NCBI GenBank assembly: GCA_051047955.1
Contig: JBPGPT010000028.1
Location: 1-64,000 of the forward strand
Length of the DNA: 64,000 nucleotides
DNA from: Cystobasidiomycetes sp. EMM_F5
Taxonomy: Eukaryota
Reading direction: 5' to 3'
Below the pieces are notes generated by a model that did not search any database, was not told the DNA's origin, and saw only the letters and a list, made by a program, of their open reading frames with translations. Positions 1-12,688 of the stretch are shown one piece after another. The translations under genes and the position numbers were made by a program. Numbering within the stretch: position 1 is the stretch's first letter; every line of letters starts with the position of its first letter.

Positions 1-890
1 GAGATCAACGGGGACGGAAGAGGAAGGAACGGAACGCTGGCCAAGATAAGTTGGTAAACCGCGAAGCTTATCAGTTCCGTACGCATTTCAGCTTCTCCCG
101 CTTGTGGTTTTGCCGTATCTGCATTCGGACATAGATAGCAGCTTGCGCCTCCAAAGCCGCCTCAGCGCCCCCACTTCAGGCCCGCCGGAGGTCGCGCCGT
201 CTTCAGCGCGCCGGGATACAGGAAGGAGGACGGCAGTCAGCGACATTCAACTCGAGCGTCACGACCATTGCTGTCGTTGCCTGGCTTAGCGCAGTCATGA
301 AATTTCAAGGAGAAGCTCGGTGCGAAAACTGTGGAGCAAAGGCGTGCTGTTACTCGCATTAACATACTAATTGCATTGGATTCTCGCTATATCCTCTACA
401 TTATAGTCCCCGTACTATTCATGCCTCAGTAGCTCTATGGAGCTGAAGCCTTTGATGGATTTTCGAATCTCGAATTTGGTCTAGTAGTATTTCGACCTGT
501 GTTGATGCAACGCTTCTCGAAGCCCTCGGTTATTTTACCAGACCCGCCGTGTTCAAGACCGCAGCGTGGCCGCAAAATCAGGCGTTTGAGATCCGGTAGC
601 CTGTCAGTCTGTGACAAGTGTGCCGCAATAGGCTGACGAGGGGAAGGTCGGCATATTCACATGCGAAACTCAAACAGGGTCGAAAGTTCTGCGATCACTT
701 CGTCGACTTCGACTGCGGACACATGTTACTTATATTTGCTTTGTTGTCGGCGATGGTGAGATAGGTGAGACTACCTTCGCTCTGCGCAGCGCTGGCTGGA
801 ATGTTCAGCGCGTTATATGAACCAAGGGTGTGAGAGGGGAGCTGAGCGCTGAACAGCAGGACGACTTGAAGATAGACGTGTTCCTCCACG

Positions 891-1767
891 TTATAGGTTC
901 CGCTTTTTAGAGATCGGGCCAGGTCGAGCTTCAGTGGATATTCGTCGCTTGTTCGAAATCGGCCTCGGTGTTTGCACAGCATTCTGAACATTCGCTTTCT
1001 GAGCTTTTTCCTTCAGTTCTTCTACTTCGAGGCGCAGAGCCCTCAATTTTTGGTTCTGCGTTCCAACGGTTTCCAGAGCAGTTTGCAGGGTTTCTTCTGT
1101 GTCTTGCAGCTCGGCGTAAGCTGTAACTAGCTTGATTTCACTATCTTCCGCCTGTTGGGTCAATGGCCTCAGATCGTTGAGCTCGAGTTGCATGGCTGCT
1201 ATGGTGGCGGTATCTGCAGCAGCCTTCACCTGGGCCTGCTGAACTTCGCCCATAGCACGATCCTTGTCTACCTTGGCGGAGCGAAGGTCAGTGACCAGCT
1301 TGTCATGCTGGGCCGTAAGGGTCTCAATTGTCCGAGTGAGATTTGCACTTCTCCAGGTGTTCTCGTCAACTTGGTTTTGAACGAGTACACCCGTTCTGCA
1401 GCTCTGTCAATCTGGCGGCCTGAGCTTCGAGAGACCTCGCCAAATTCGAGATGGTTTCTTTGTCTTTGGCTTTCGTGTCTTTGTATACGCTTATTGGTAG
1501 AGGGTGATAGAATGTTGGACCGGCGGGCCCAACGTCAACGCGCACCATGACCTGCCGACATAATGGACATTTTTGAGCTTCTGTACCTCCGCGGGATTGC
1601 GCTCGCTGAATGCACATGCTGTGAAAGAAATGCCCTGTCGTCCGCAATTAGCCTTGCCAGATGAAAAATGCATTTTCTAACTCACCGCATTTGTGTAGAC
1701 TGACAAACTTGTCTGTAGATTCATCGTCCAGACAGAGAGTACATTCAATCTCCGCTACAGTAGCCAT
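891..1767 (-). CDS. RING-H2 + coiled-coil protein, paralog 1 (apparent +1 frameshift near 1390; possible pseudogene or sequencing error)
   Basis: ATG at 1767 gives MATVAEIECTLCLDDESTDKFVSLHKCG. After intron 1685-1635 it continues HFFHSMC...CPLCR, a C3H2C3 pattern. The coiled-coil ORF 891-1253 (ELQDTEETLQTALETVGTQNQKLR) matches paralog 2. Confidence 0.7.
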
Positions 1768-2275
1768 ATTGCCTATCGAGTGTGTACTCTATGCAAGGGC
1801 ACTCGTTGACTGACAGCAAAGGCGGTCCGTGCGCATGCGCTACGCGTCAGCGACAGGCAGCCACGGCTTCCCACGATGTGCGGTACGTCAGATGCGATTG
1901 TTAGAAGGATGCGTCAGAGTCCCATATTTTATTAAGACGGGTTCACGGCGTTCAGTCAGTGTGAAGTCAAGGTGATTGCGAGTAAAAGAACGGCAGAGAG
2001 ACGATATGATCGACCGCTGAGATTGGGAGCCAAAGAAGTCTGTTTCAAGCAGAGCACCGTGCGTCAACGTGTGTTTCATCCGTCACCTGCCGTGCCGCGC
2101 TGCGTCAGATACGCAAACCCAACATCTATCACCCCAATAACAGAATATCCACATCAAATCCACATGGCAGGACTGCAGCCCAACCATCACACTTACAGCC
2201 AACAGCTCCGGTCTGTGCATGAGCATCGTGCCCCAAGCAAATTGGTCGTCGCATCAATTACAGATCCTGATTAAA

Positions 2276-2520
2276 GCACGACCGAGAAACTCACTGCGAT
2301 TTCCGCCTCCGTATTGGTCTGCAGCCGTGCACAAGAAAACAGCCACAGACATACATTTTGATAGAGGTCACGAGAAGTAGCTATAGGAGACTTTGTGAGA
2401 TTGCACGAAATTACGCTGCTCGCGGTTGCCAATTTGTCTGCGTGTCAGCGATGCCAGTGCTGCCTTTCGCCTCTGGGGATGGCACTGCCGGAGGATTGAC
2501 GCAAAGGGAAATAGTCTGTG
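2276..2520. repeat. Diverged direct repeat, copy A (homologous to ~4471-4715)
   Basis: Collinear blocks such as actcactgcga, acagccaca, taggaga.tttgtga, caatttgtctgcg and ggaggat are present in both copies. Confidence 0.75.
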
Positions 2521-3050
2521 GTGAGGCTTGCTTCCACGACTTCCTCAGCCACGACCACACTCCAGTCACAAGGCGCAGGATGCTTGGTCTGTTAGGCACT
2601 TGCAGGCAGATTAAGTACATGTCTGTGCGAGTATGGGCTGTGGAAGAAGAACAGTGCGACGGAATCTTCGACGATGCATTCATGCACCCGCGTTGAGTAG
2701 AAGAAGCCAGCCCGGCAGCAAGAGAAAGCCCAGAGACATGCAGTTTCCGATGGCGAGCGCGCCGCGAGACATCAGCTTCAGCACAGCTGATAGCTTCACA
2801 CCTACCTGATGACCGAAAGGCGTGTCGCAGCCTTTGCGTCAATGATCTGCTGTTCGCGGCAATAGATCAGCAATCAAGCCGGGAACCGCCTAAAATTAGC
2901 AAGTGATGGCTAACCGCGACTGCACGCGTAGACGGCTAATGTCTCTTTTGTTTACAGTTTACGCGGATACTTGTTCTAATGGAGATGCGTTGACTGATGC
3001 AACAGACCGCGTTCGTGTTCCCGCTTGACTCTGGCAGACTTAGTGCCGCC

Positions 3051-4328
3051 ATGAAGAAATGGCACAAATGGCTCGGACTCCTCCTGCTGCTCTCCCCTCC
3101 CTCTCACATTAGTGCCTTGCCATCTTGTACAGTGACGTCCTTTTCAGCCATTCCTGCCGCTGTTGCGAATTGCACGTCCATCACCCTGCAAGATATCGCA
3201 GTACCAGGTGGATCTTCGCTGAACTTGACTGGCCTCAAGACTGGATCCATTGTCAACTTCGCTGGGACGACCTCGTTCGGCTTCGCAAACGCAAGCTATG
3301 ACATGATTACCGTCAGCAATGCCATGAACGTAACGATCCAGGCAACATCAGGAGGTCTCATCAATGGCAATGGTCAGGCTTGGGTGAGTCTCGCTTCGGT
3401 GTCGTTGACGTCCAAAGCTCGTAGTCCTGATCTTCAGACAGTGGGATGGCCAAGGCAGCAACGGCGGTCGAGTCAAGCCAAACCATTTCTTTGCTTTGAA
3501 TAATTTGCAGAATTCCACTATCCGCAACCTCTTCATAACCTCCTGGCCGGTACACTGCTTCTCCATCTCCGGAGGAAATCATCTTCTTTTCGAAAATATT
3601 ACGCTTGATAATCGAGCAGGTGACGCGCCTAATGACATGTCAGGCGGACTTTCGGCAGCTCACAATTCAGATGGCTTCGATCTGTCAAGCACAAACAACA
3701 CGATACTGCGCAATTTCAGCGTCTATAACCAGGACGACTGCGTCGCCATCACGAGCGGTGACAACGTTCTCGTCGACAATGCCTACTGCAGCGGAGGTCA
3801 CGGACTCAGCATCGGATCGGTGGGGCTCAAGTCCAACAATATCGTTACAAACATTGTCTTTCAGAATTCAGTAATTGTCGATAGTGAGAACGGTCCGCGC
3901 ATCAAATCAAATTCCAACGCGACCGGATCGGTCTCAAAGTGAGCAAAGTCTGCTGAACTGTCACTTTTCGCTAAACTTTGGATCTCCAGCATTACCTACC
4001 GTAGTATTCGAGTTACAAATATCTCGACCTACGGCATCGATATTCAGCAGGATTATTTGAATGGAGGTATGCTGGACGGTCGCGTTGTGTACTGCATTTA
4101 CTGAAAGGCTTCCACGACATAGGGCCGACAGGCAATCCGACCAACGGTGTGAATGTCTCAAATATCATCATGAGTAATATTACCGGAACAGCTGCAGCGA
4201 GCGCACTGGACTACTACATTCTGTGCGGCAATTCCTCCTGCTCCAACTTCAATTTCAGCAACGTCAACATCACGGGAGGTAAGATAACCTCCAAGTGTAA
4301 TTATGGTAGCTTCCAATGCTCGCCATAA
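3051..4328 (+). CDS. Secreted endo-polygalacturonase (GH28)
   Basis: Signal peptide MKKWHKWLGLLLLLS. GH28 motifs NSDG (NTD variant), NQDDC, GGHGLSIGS and RIK. GT-AG introns at ~3384-3441, ~3939-3990 and ~4067-4121. Stop TAA at 4326-4328. Confidence 0.93.
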
Positions 4329-4470
4329 AGTGTAACTCTTGACAGTATTAAAAGTCATGTCTTGCAGAGTGTGTAGCGTAGTCCAAGGGCGTCAGGAGGA
4401 GATGCGGCATGCTGCGAGATCACCGTTGAGCAATCTAGTCGTCGTCGCATCAGCCACGACCTCTGACTAG

Positions 4471-4715
4471 AGTACGATCGAGACACTCACTGCGACATCC
4501 GCCTTCGTAATCGGCCTCCACCAGTGCCGGAGCAGACAGCCACATAGATTTCAAGAGAAAATCCAAGAAATAGGAGATTTTGTGAAAATCAAAAGGTTGC
4601 AGGAACGTTAAATTGCTCGCGCTCGGCAATTTGTCTGCGCGTCGACGGCTCAAGAACTACTTTCCGCCCTCTGAACATGACGCCGGCGGAGGATCAAGGC
4701 GGAGAGTAAAAGTCG
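4471..4715. repeat. Diverged direct repeat, copy B (homologous to ~2276-2520)
   Basis: Same shared blocks as copy A. Overlaps the predicted last exon of RING paralog 2. Confidence 0.75.
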
Positions 4716-6948
4716 CTTGATTGAAGTTGTGCAAACTCTGCGCGACCGCTTGCTCCAAGCGAAGTACCTTGCGCGAGAGTTCTTCGTGTTTGTCATTCAA
4801 TTCTGCGTGCGATCTGTTCCGCAAAGGCAAGTGAGCCCACCGCTGCGGTGGTTGGCACGTCTACCTACCTTTTCAATGCATGCAACTCTGACGGTGCCGA
4901 AATCGGTGTGGATGTCCCAGAGGAGCTCGGACCGCGACTAGGCCCAGCTGTATCAATGGCCAGTCCTAGTTGCAAGCCGTTATAAGGTGGATGAGCAATC
5001 GGAGCTTGCGGCTGGTTCATTGCCGCAGGTGGCGGCGCAGTTCCGACAGCGGTGAAATTCGGCGCGACGGGTACGACTGGAGTCTCAACGCCGGGTCGCC
5101 CTGGGAGGAGAAGACGGCGCTGATTCTTGAAGTCCGCGATCAACGCTTTTTGCTCGGCAGTGAGCACATCGTATACACTCTGAGAGTATTGCAGCTGCAG
5201 ACCCTGCGACATGTGCGAGAAGTGACCCCATCTATCGAAAGGTAGAACCTCCAGAGCACTGAAGCCAAGCTCGGCAATTGTGCCAGGAAACATTGGCATG
5301 TCGTGATTCGGAATAATGCGCTGTGCGGGAGCAGGATTATCTGGACCAGGATCTGCTGCCTGTGCAGCAGACGGTGACTCTGGCCGGCTTGACCGAGCTG
5401 CAGGTGATACTGGTCGCCCTTCTTCATGTTCTGTTTTGACGCGAACACCATCGTTATTATTCTTGCCGCCACGCTTCTTCGCACTGCTGGCTTCCTCGCG
5501 AAGTTCGCGAAGACGTCTACTCTGCGTACCGACGGTATCCATAGCCGTAGCGAGCGATTCTTGCGTCTCTTGTAAATTCGCAGTAGCATCGGCCAGCAGA
5601 TTGCGGGTTTCAGCGAGCTCTTCACGCAGCTTCAGGACTTCACGATCAGTTTCTTCGTCACTCATTTGGCTAGACGTTGCCTCGGAATTTGCCTGTCTTT
5701 GAGACCCGGCGATCGTATCGCGCAAGTCTGCAGCGCCTATCAGCTTCGACCTTGTAGCAGACCTTCCAAGCTTACCGTCCAGCTGAGCATGAGCCTTCTC
5801 CAGGTTTGTCCTGTCCTGGGTAGCTGATATCTCAGCATCTCTCTTGCTTGCATGCGCGTCTTCAGCTTCTTGGCGCAGACGTTCAATCTGGAAATTGGCC
5901 GCGCTGAGCTCAGTTCGGAGTCCTTCCATCTCCTGCGCCATGTCGGTGCTACGACCCGGCCCTAGGAGTATCTCGGCTTTGGCATCGGCTAATTGACCGC
6001 GAACTGCTTCGAGTTCTTCTGCCATAGCTCCATGCTCGACGGACAGTGTCTTATAGCTGAATAGAGCTTGAGCCAGCTGTTCCTTACTCGCGCTATCATT
6101 GCGCATTACTACATCTTGCAATCTTGCCGACAAGATTGTATTGCTCCTTACAGCTTCCTCGAGATTCTCTGTTTTACGCACGGTTGCCCCAGCGGTGTAA
6201 GCTCTACGTGACTGGATGCAATCGTACTTCATCCCCACCTTCTAGTCGTGCTTGGGCTTCCTCGCTTGTCCTTAGAGAAGCTTCTGTCCGCTGCTGCAAG
6301 GCTTGGAGCTCAGTCCTCCAATACTCACATTGGATTGATGTGGATCTTAAGTCCTCCTTTGCTGTCTTGTACTGTTCTGCCCTGATTTTCTGCATCTGCT
6401 CCATCGCTTTCATGGCGTCTTCCGACTCCATTTGCCGTTTCGTGGCATTTGCGCATCTCTTTTCGACACGATCAAGTTGCTCGTACAGTTTTGCAGAGGT
6501 TCTTCGTAGCTCTTCAATTCTATCGGCCTTGTCCTCGACTTGACGTTTTAGAAGAGCTGCGGTGAATCTTGTTTGTGCATTCGGCGACGTGATATTGCTA
6601 TTTCTGGGACGAGGAGGAGTAGGTTGTATAGGCGCCGCCTTTCTGGTGGTCAAGGGTAGAGGATGATAAAAGATAGGGTCGACGTTATCGTTCATCCTGA
6701 TGTTTACCATGGCTTGACGACACGTAGGACAATTGCCGGCTTCAGGCCCGCCGCGTGCATGGGCTCTCTCGATACACATGCAGTGAAAGAAGTGACCTGT
6801 CGTGTCCAGATTGTGAATATCCGTTAGTGTTTACTGTTGTTTTCGACGCGGTACTGGCAGGCTCACCACAGCTGAATAACGCGACGAAGCGGTCTGTCGA
6901 GTCATCGTCCAGACATAGATTGCACTCAATCTCTGCTACGGCAGACAT
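4657..6948 (-). CDS. RING-H2 + long coiled-coil protein, paralog 2 (putative E3 ubiquitin ligase)
   Basis: MSAVAEIECNLCLDDDSTDRFVALFSCG, intron 6866-6797, then HFFHCMC...CPTCR. Intron 6238-6169 joins ORFs 6204-6779 and 4865-6238 in frame. A predicted last exon follows a GTAGGT donor at ~4868; the 3' end is uncertain. Confidence 0.8.
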
Positions 6949-7231
6949 CGTTCTGTTTGGTTTGATTTTTTCCAATAATGTTTATTTGCCGCCCGTAAAG
7001 AGGGACCAGAGGTTTTAGCGCGCGACAACCAAGATCCAAGATGCCTCAACAGTGCATGCACATCCTTTGCACCGCTGCTGCTGCTGCATCGGCATACCAG
7101 TCTTCAGGCCTCAGCTTCCATTTCCAATTCGTAATAAATCAACAGGTCGTTACAAAAACGGAACGGCAACACTGTTTGCGACGAGCTTGTTTCGGACATG
7201 TCTGATGACAGAGGTTGATAATACAACAAAA

Positions 7232-9294
7232 CTACTGCCCTGGCGGACCCTCATTCTTCAAGCTCGATCTGCCCGCTCTAAGAATCTCGTCGCATGATAG
7301 CAGATTCACTGCAATGACTCCGCAACTGTGGAGGAGGTGTCTCTTGACGCGATAATTGTCAAATACACCCTCCGTGACGGGGTTCATCGGTTCGCCTGTC
7401 CGTAGATCGAGGCCTACAATGCCTCCTTCTGCTTGCTCATCCTGCAGACTCGCAATGGCGTCTTGAACATCATAACCTCCATTCTGCGCAAGAGTCTTCG
7501 GAATGATGAGTAAAGCATCCGAGAATGCTTGGATACCGAGCTTCGCACGCCCCTTTGCCTTTGGCTTGATGGTCGTCGCAAGATGCGCTGCGCATGCAAT
7601 TTCGAATGCACCGGCTCCTGGAATCAGCGACCCATCCTCTACTGCATTCTTGACTGCCCGTAATCCATCTCGTATAGCGTCCTGAATCTGCGAGATGGTG
7701 TATGCGTTCGGTCCCTTTACGAGCAGAGTTACCGACTTTGGCTCTTTGACCTCTTCGACAAAGGTGTACTTTTCTTCGCCGAGCGTATGTTCGTATACCA
7801 ATCCAGCGTAGCCTAGCACGTCTGGCGACAGGTCGTCTACCGAGTTTTGAGCAGTTCCACCGCAGACAAGCTGTAATCGTTCCATGTTGCGTCGTTTGGC
7901 TCTTCGTAGCGCCATGATGCCATTCTTTGCGAGTATGTCGAGGGAAAGCGGGTCGATGCCTTTCTGATTGATGATGACAAATCCTTTACTCTTGCCTTGC
8001 ACTCCATCCTTTGCATCCACGGCTTGATCACAGACATGATTTTTGAGCTCGACAATCTTCTTTAGTCGGGCATCGATAAATCTCCGTTCGCTCTCCACTA
8101 GCTTCTCGCGCTGTTCGGCGGAAGAATAGAAGAAGCCGGAATTGACCTCGCTGCAAGTACTCATATGTCAGATATGAACAGACACGCGGTTATGTCTATG
8201 ATAAGGTGCACTCACGTCTTCTCGTACTCTAAACTGACATTTAGCGTCAAGATGAAGCAATTCTCCAGCCTTTTCGGCATGTCGGGGTGACGGGTGCCGT
8301 GATCCAGCACCAGACCTTTGACAAGCCGCGTGTCTGTATCCGTCTTGTGCTGCATCTTCATAATCTCCACCATGTGCAAGTCGATCGGTTCAAACTTCTT
8401 CTTTTGCTCTGACGACGTTGACGCACTAGATTCAGCTGGTTGGCGGATAGCAAGGACTGCGTCGACAATAGGTCTAGCGAGACCTTTGGCGAGTTTGGCG
8501 TGCAGTTTCGTGGATAGGGACGTGTGGACTACGTTTGATAATGTCTCGATATCCGGTGTTCCTTCGTCAGTCCCACTCAGGGACTGCTTGTACGAGTCCA
8601 AGAATGCGAGTGCTTCCTTTTGTCCCGTCTCGATACCTTCACCAAGAACGCGTGGATGGACTCCTTCGCTCGTATAGCGTTCGCACTGCTTGAGTAACTC
8701 GCCAACAAGAAGCACTACTGATGTTGTCCCATCTCCAGTTTGCTCATCTTGCGCCACGGCCGTTCGTGCTATCATTGACGCTGTAGGATGCTGCCGGGAT
8801 ATAACATCAGCTCATGACTGTATGAAGACTGAACATTTCAAGGCAGACCCACCTGTATTTGCATTTCAGACAATAGCACTTTGCCGTCCTTTATGCAAAT
8901 AATGTCAGACCATCACGATACACCTCTACGTACGTCAACAGCCCACCTTTGTCATCTTCAAGTTCCCAGCACCATCTACAAGCATCTTGATTGTCCCTCT
9001 CGGGCCTGTTGCGTCCATGCAAGATATCCATTCGAAAAAAGTTGGGTCGGCGATAGTATCGTCAATCCGAGCTGTTGTAGCTCTAATAGGGATTCCTAAC
9101 GCACCAAGATTACTCTTGACGACATTTGCAAGCCCCATTGCTCCCGCTACATTGACGGTGAACGCCTGGTCCCGCCTGACCGCTTCTGCGCGTGGATTGA
9201 TGAGATTTAGACTGGACGACCTGCAGACATTTCCAGCGGAGAAGGGCGAGTCAGCGGGTGTTTCGTAGAGTAAGGATACCAGAACTCCTCACAT
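7232..9294 (-). CDS. CCT6: T-complex protein 1 subunit zeta (chaperonin CCT6)
   Basis: [55 protein letters not shown] and [15 protein letters not shown] are CCT-zeta motifs. About 5 introns; the start codon appears split by intron 9292-9221. Confidence 0.97.
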
Positions 9295-10011
9295 CTTGAC
9301 TGCACGCTCCAGAAGGTGTCGAAGAGAGCGTCAACAATGCACTGACTGTCCTTGAACGTAGCGATCGATGAGCAAGAGGTCTTGCACAAGACGTTTCGGG
9401 TTTCTCCTACAACCGACTGCAACACAGCATATGGCTGAACTGCTTATTCTTGAATGCTAAGCATGCGCACCGAGCCAGTCTGATGTCTAACAATCTGGAC
9501 GGTGCAATACGCTTTGAATGCTCAATGAACGCTGTTGCAGTGGATGGAATGGGAAACGCAATATGCACGGCGTGGATGCTAGACGAGCTATGTAGAGTCG
9601 CCATGAATAACATTCAGAGCATTCACCAGTCTCTGGATCAAGCAGACGCTAAATGATTGATTTGTGCCCGAAAGCCGCGACGACAATAACGCAAAACCCA
9701 AAGACGAAGACCTGCTGATTGGCGTCTTATAGGGATGTCCATATCAGACTGACGATGTAATCTATCCCAATACTCGGACGCCGCTCGCTATTCTCAATCA
9801 CGGCTCAGTCACGGCCGTCGGCGCGACGAATGGCCTATGACGCACATAGCAATATCGTGTACCACGGCTCCGGGATTCGGTGCGGCATACTCGTTTACAA
9901 GAAGAGACGGTGCAGCAGGCTTCTGTCATCTGTCTCTACCTCATTCCAATCCCGAGCCTTCTATTCAATCCAATTCACAGCTTTCAACAAAACCCTCATC
10001 TCCACCACAAC

Positions 10012-10588
10012 ATGGTCTATCATACCATTGTGAAGAAGGTAGCTCGCCAAAACTTTGAGCGCGTCAATGCACACGATGACGAAGCTGTCCTCAAGGGATG
10101 CACGTACGCTGACTTCCCCTCCGACATCTTGTACAATATACTGATTGTCTTGCATGCCAACAGGCAGGATATACAACATACATTCGGGGGCAGTCATGCA
10201 CTCGGCAAGAGGAGGCACGATAAGGATGCTCTGAGGAGATGGTTTCAGCGTCTGCATAACTGCGCTCCCAACCTGAAACTGACAGTAACGGACGTTTGGG
10301 TCAAAGTGGGTTGCTTCTCCACTTTTTCCTGACGAATGCCAATACTAATTTACGTCAATCCGTTAGGGCTTCCCATGGGATACGACGGTCATCATGCGAT
10401 GGGACGCAAGGACTGTCTTCCCCGACGGCTCACCGTACAAGAACCACGGCGTCCACATAATCAAGATGAAGTGGTTCAAAGTGTACGAAATTGACGCGAA
10501 CGAGGACTCGCAGCTCGTCAACGCTTTTTTGAAAGCGAGAGCAGCGGAAGGATGTGCAGAAGCGGCCATGCCTGCAATCGAGAGCTGA
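10012..10588 (+). CDS. SnoaL-like / NTF2 (ketosteroid-isomerase-like) family protein
   Basis: The spliced product (two introns) reads MVYHTIVKKVARQNFERVN...HTFGGSHALG...RRWFQRLH...VWVKGFPWDTTVIMRWD...DGSPYKNHGVHIIKMKWFKVYEIDANEDSQ. This fits the SnoaL_2 pattern. Confidence 0.75.
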
Positions 10589-10723
10589 AGCAGAGCACCT
10601 GCTAGTTGGCTTTCATTATTTTCCCGCGGCCTTTTCGTGTTGTACTATTGGTATAAATGTTCATGGACGGCATTTTCCATGCATAATTACAAATGCGCAT
10701 GCTGTTTAGACCTTGAGACGGTC

Positions 10724-11274
10724 CTAGGACCCTTGAGCATCCTTCTGCGAATTCGGAGAGTCGGCTAGCAGGACGTCCTTGAAAATAACGTCCTGGAACG
10801 TCTTGACCTGTTTGCAACATATTGTAAACGTATCGCGCATCAGGCTCGCGCTCAGCATATTCTTCCATCTGCAAAGCTTGTGTCCCGACTCACATTGAGA
10901 CAGAGCAGATCGAGCTCGTCTTTTCCGATAACGCCGATGGTATCGAGCATGAGTGACGTTCCACAGACATTACAAAAACGCACAGGCAGGCCGGACCTTC
11001 CATCCTTTCGTTTGTACTCGCCGAGCTTTTCCTTCAATTCATCGTCTGTACAATTGAAGGTGACTTTGTTTCGTGACACGTAGACGAGCCACCATCCTTG
11101 CTTGATGCACAGCGTACATGTACAGTATACTGGTTTGTAGCCCTCTGGATTCGATGTAGTCGCCAGTCGTGGTCCAGGGAGAGAAAATTGGACAGAGCCG
11201 CAATGACATGAACCACGGTAGTCTTGAGATGATCCACCGTCACCAACTACGAAGAGAGGCGGGAGAGAGGGCAT
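10724..11274 (-). CDS. GFA / CENP-V family (Mss4-like) zinc protein
   Basis: GSCHCGSV, CTCTLC and RFCNVCGTS motifs. One intron after LCLN; the last exon is VKTFQDV...GS*. Confidence 0.88.
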
Positions 11275-12688
11275 AAGTTCTATGAAGTGACTGAGATGAG
11301 GGCTCAATAGAGTAAGAAGTGTTTGTCTGGTCGAAAGTCAGCGTAAGGGAGACGTGTCTACCGGCTTCCGGCTTCGGCTATCGCTGTCGGTCAGGGGTCC
11401 AAGCGCGTCACAGGTACCAATGGGTAAGGTAGCTATAAGTCACACAGCGTTCAGCCTGCAATGGTGTTACTGTTTTTATAGTGTTGATCATCTTGCTGTT
11501 ATTATATCAGTTGACGCGGAAGCGATGCTGCGGACGTTGTTTGGTCACGGTATCGATTGTCCGGACATCTTTTATATGCATGCGTCTGCTGTGAACGATA
11601 GGTATACCTACACGCCAAACTGTACACATACTCGCCCAGTGCGTTACCGTACCGAGCACTGCGGCAGTCACCGTCTACCTTGCTTGAAACCGTTGAGCGC
11701 ATTGGCGTTTCTCGACTCTGAAAGATCCGCGTTTGCTGTAGGTGACGGCTGCAACGTCAAGGGAGATTGGAGCGAGGCCAGTGCATCGGGACTCTACGCG
11801 ACTTTGCTGCACATCCGCATCCGGGTGCTCGCTTGGTCCCATCTTGACCCAGGGGTCCTGCTGCCAGTTGGGCATATTGCGGTACTCGCAGCGGGGGAAG
11901 GGATTTCTCCAGCGTCGTTAGTGAGCCCACTACTGTTAGCCAACGGTGTCCACTGTCCATATCTGGTCGTTGGGCGTAAGAAACGCTTTCGAAATATATG
12001 CCCCGATCTTTGAGGTTGCTGCCAATTCCGGAATGTCTTCATCGAGAGCTGCATTTTCGACTGCCAAAAATGCGGATATATCAATGCTCGCAGTCGTTCC
12101 TGGACCGCGCAGTCAACGTTAACGTCGGAATTGCCCTGTCAAGTTCTTATGGGTCCGTTAATCGCCAAAAGGGCAAGGTACATGTATAAACGGCGTTCCA
12201 AGGCCAGGCCACGACATTGCGGATTTGAATTCGGAAGTTGACAGGATCTATCCAGACGACGAACATTGATGACTTTTCCTACTGATCCCCATCCAATCCC
12301 AATGCTCTGACCCTCCGCCGTTTTGTCATTTCCCACAGGACCTTCTCACAACGGCTCCGCATTCTTGAGTGACATCTTTGCATTTTCGGGATCCGTTGCA
12401 TTGCACAACGTGCATTAGCGAGTGTACAGTCGGACCTCCTCCGGACTTGCATAAGGCATTCGCAATTCTGTGCTAAAGTGCCCTCCCCATCTCGTGGTCA
12501 AGGTGTCGGCTATCGGTAGTCTTGATTGACGACGACGCCAGCTGAATAGGCGAGCCATCCAACTCATCACCACCAGGCCTCAAACACAAGTCTATCCTTC
12601 CAACTCTCTCCTTGAGTTGTTCCCTGTCGCGCTTGTCGACTCTCGACCCCCATACATCGCCACACTTCTCACTTTTTGAACCCCAATC

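Noticed and set aside
6169..6238. Apparent frameshift between ORFs 6204-6779 and 4865-6238
   Set aside because: Explained by a 70-nt GT-AG intron (GTGGGG...GCTTAC...AACAG) that restores the frame.
11354..12013. 219-aa + strand ORF as a gene
   Set aside because: GTG start, no recognisable motif and no supported exon structure. Kept only as an unexplained region.
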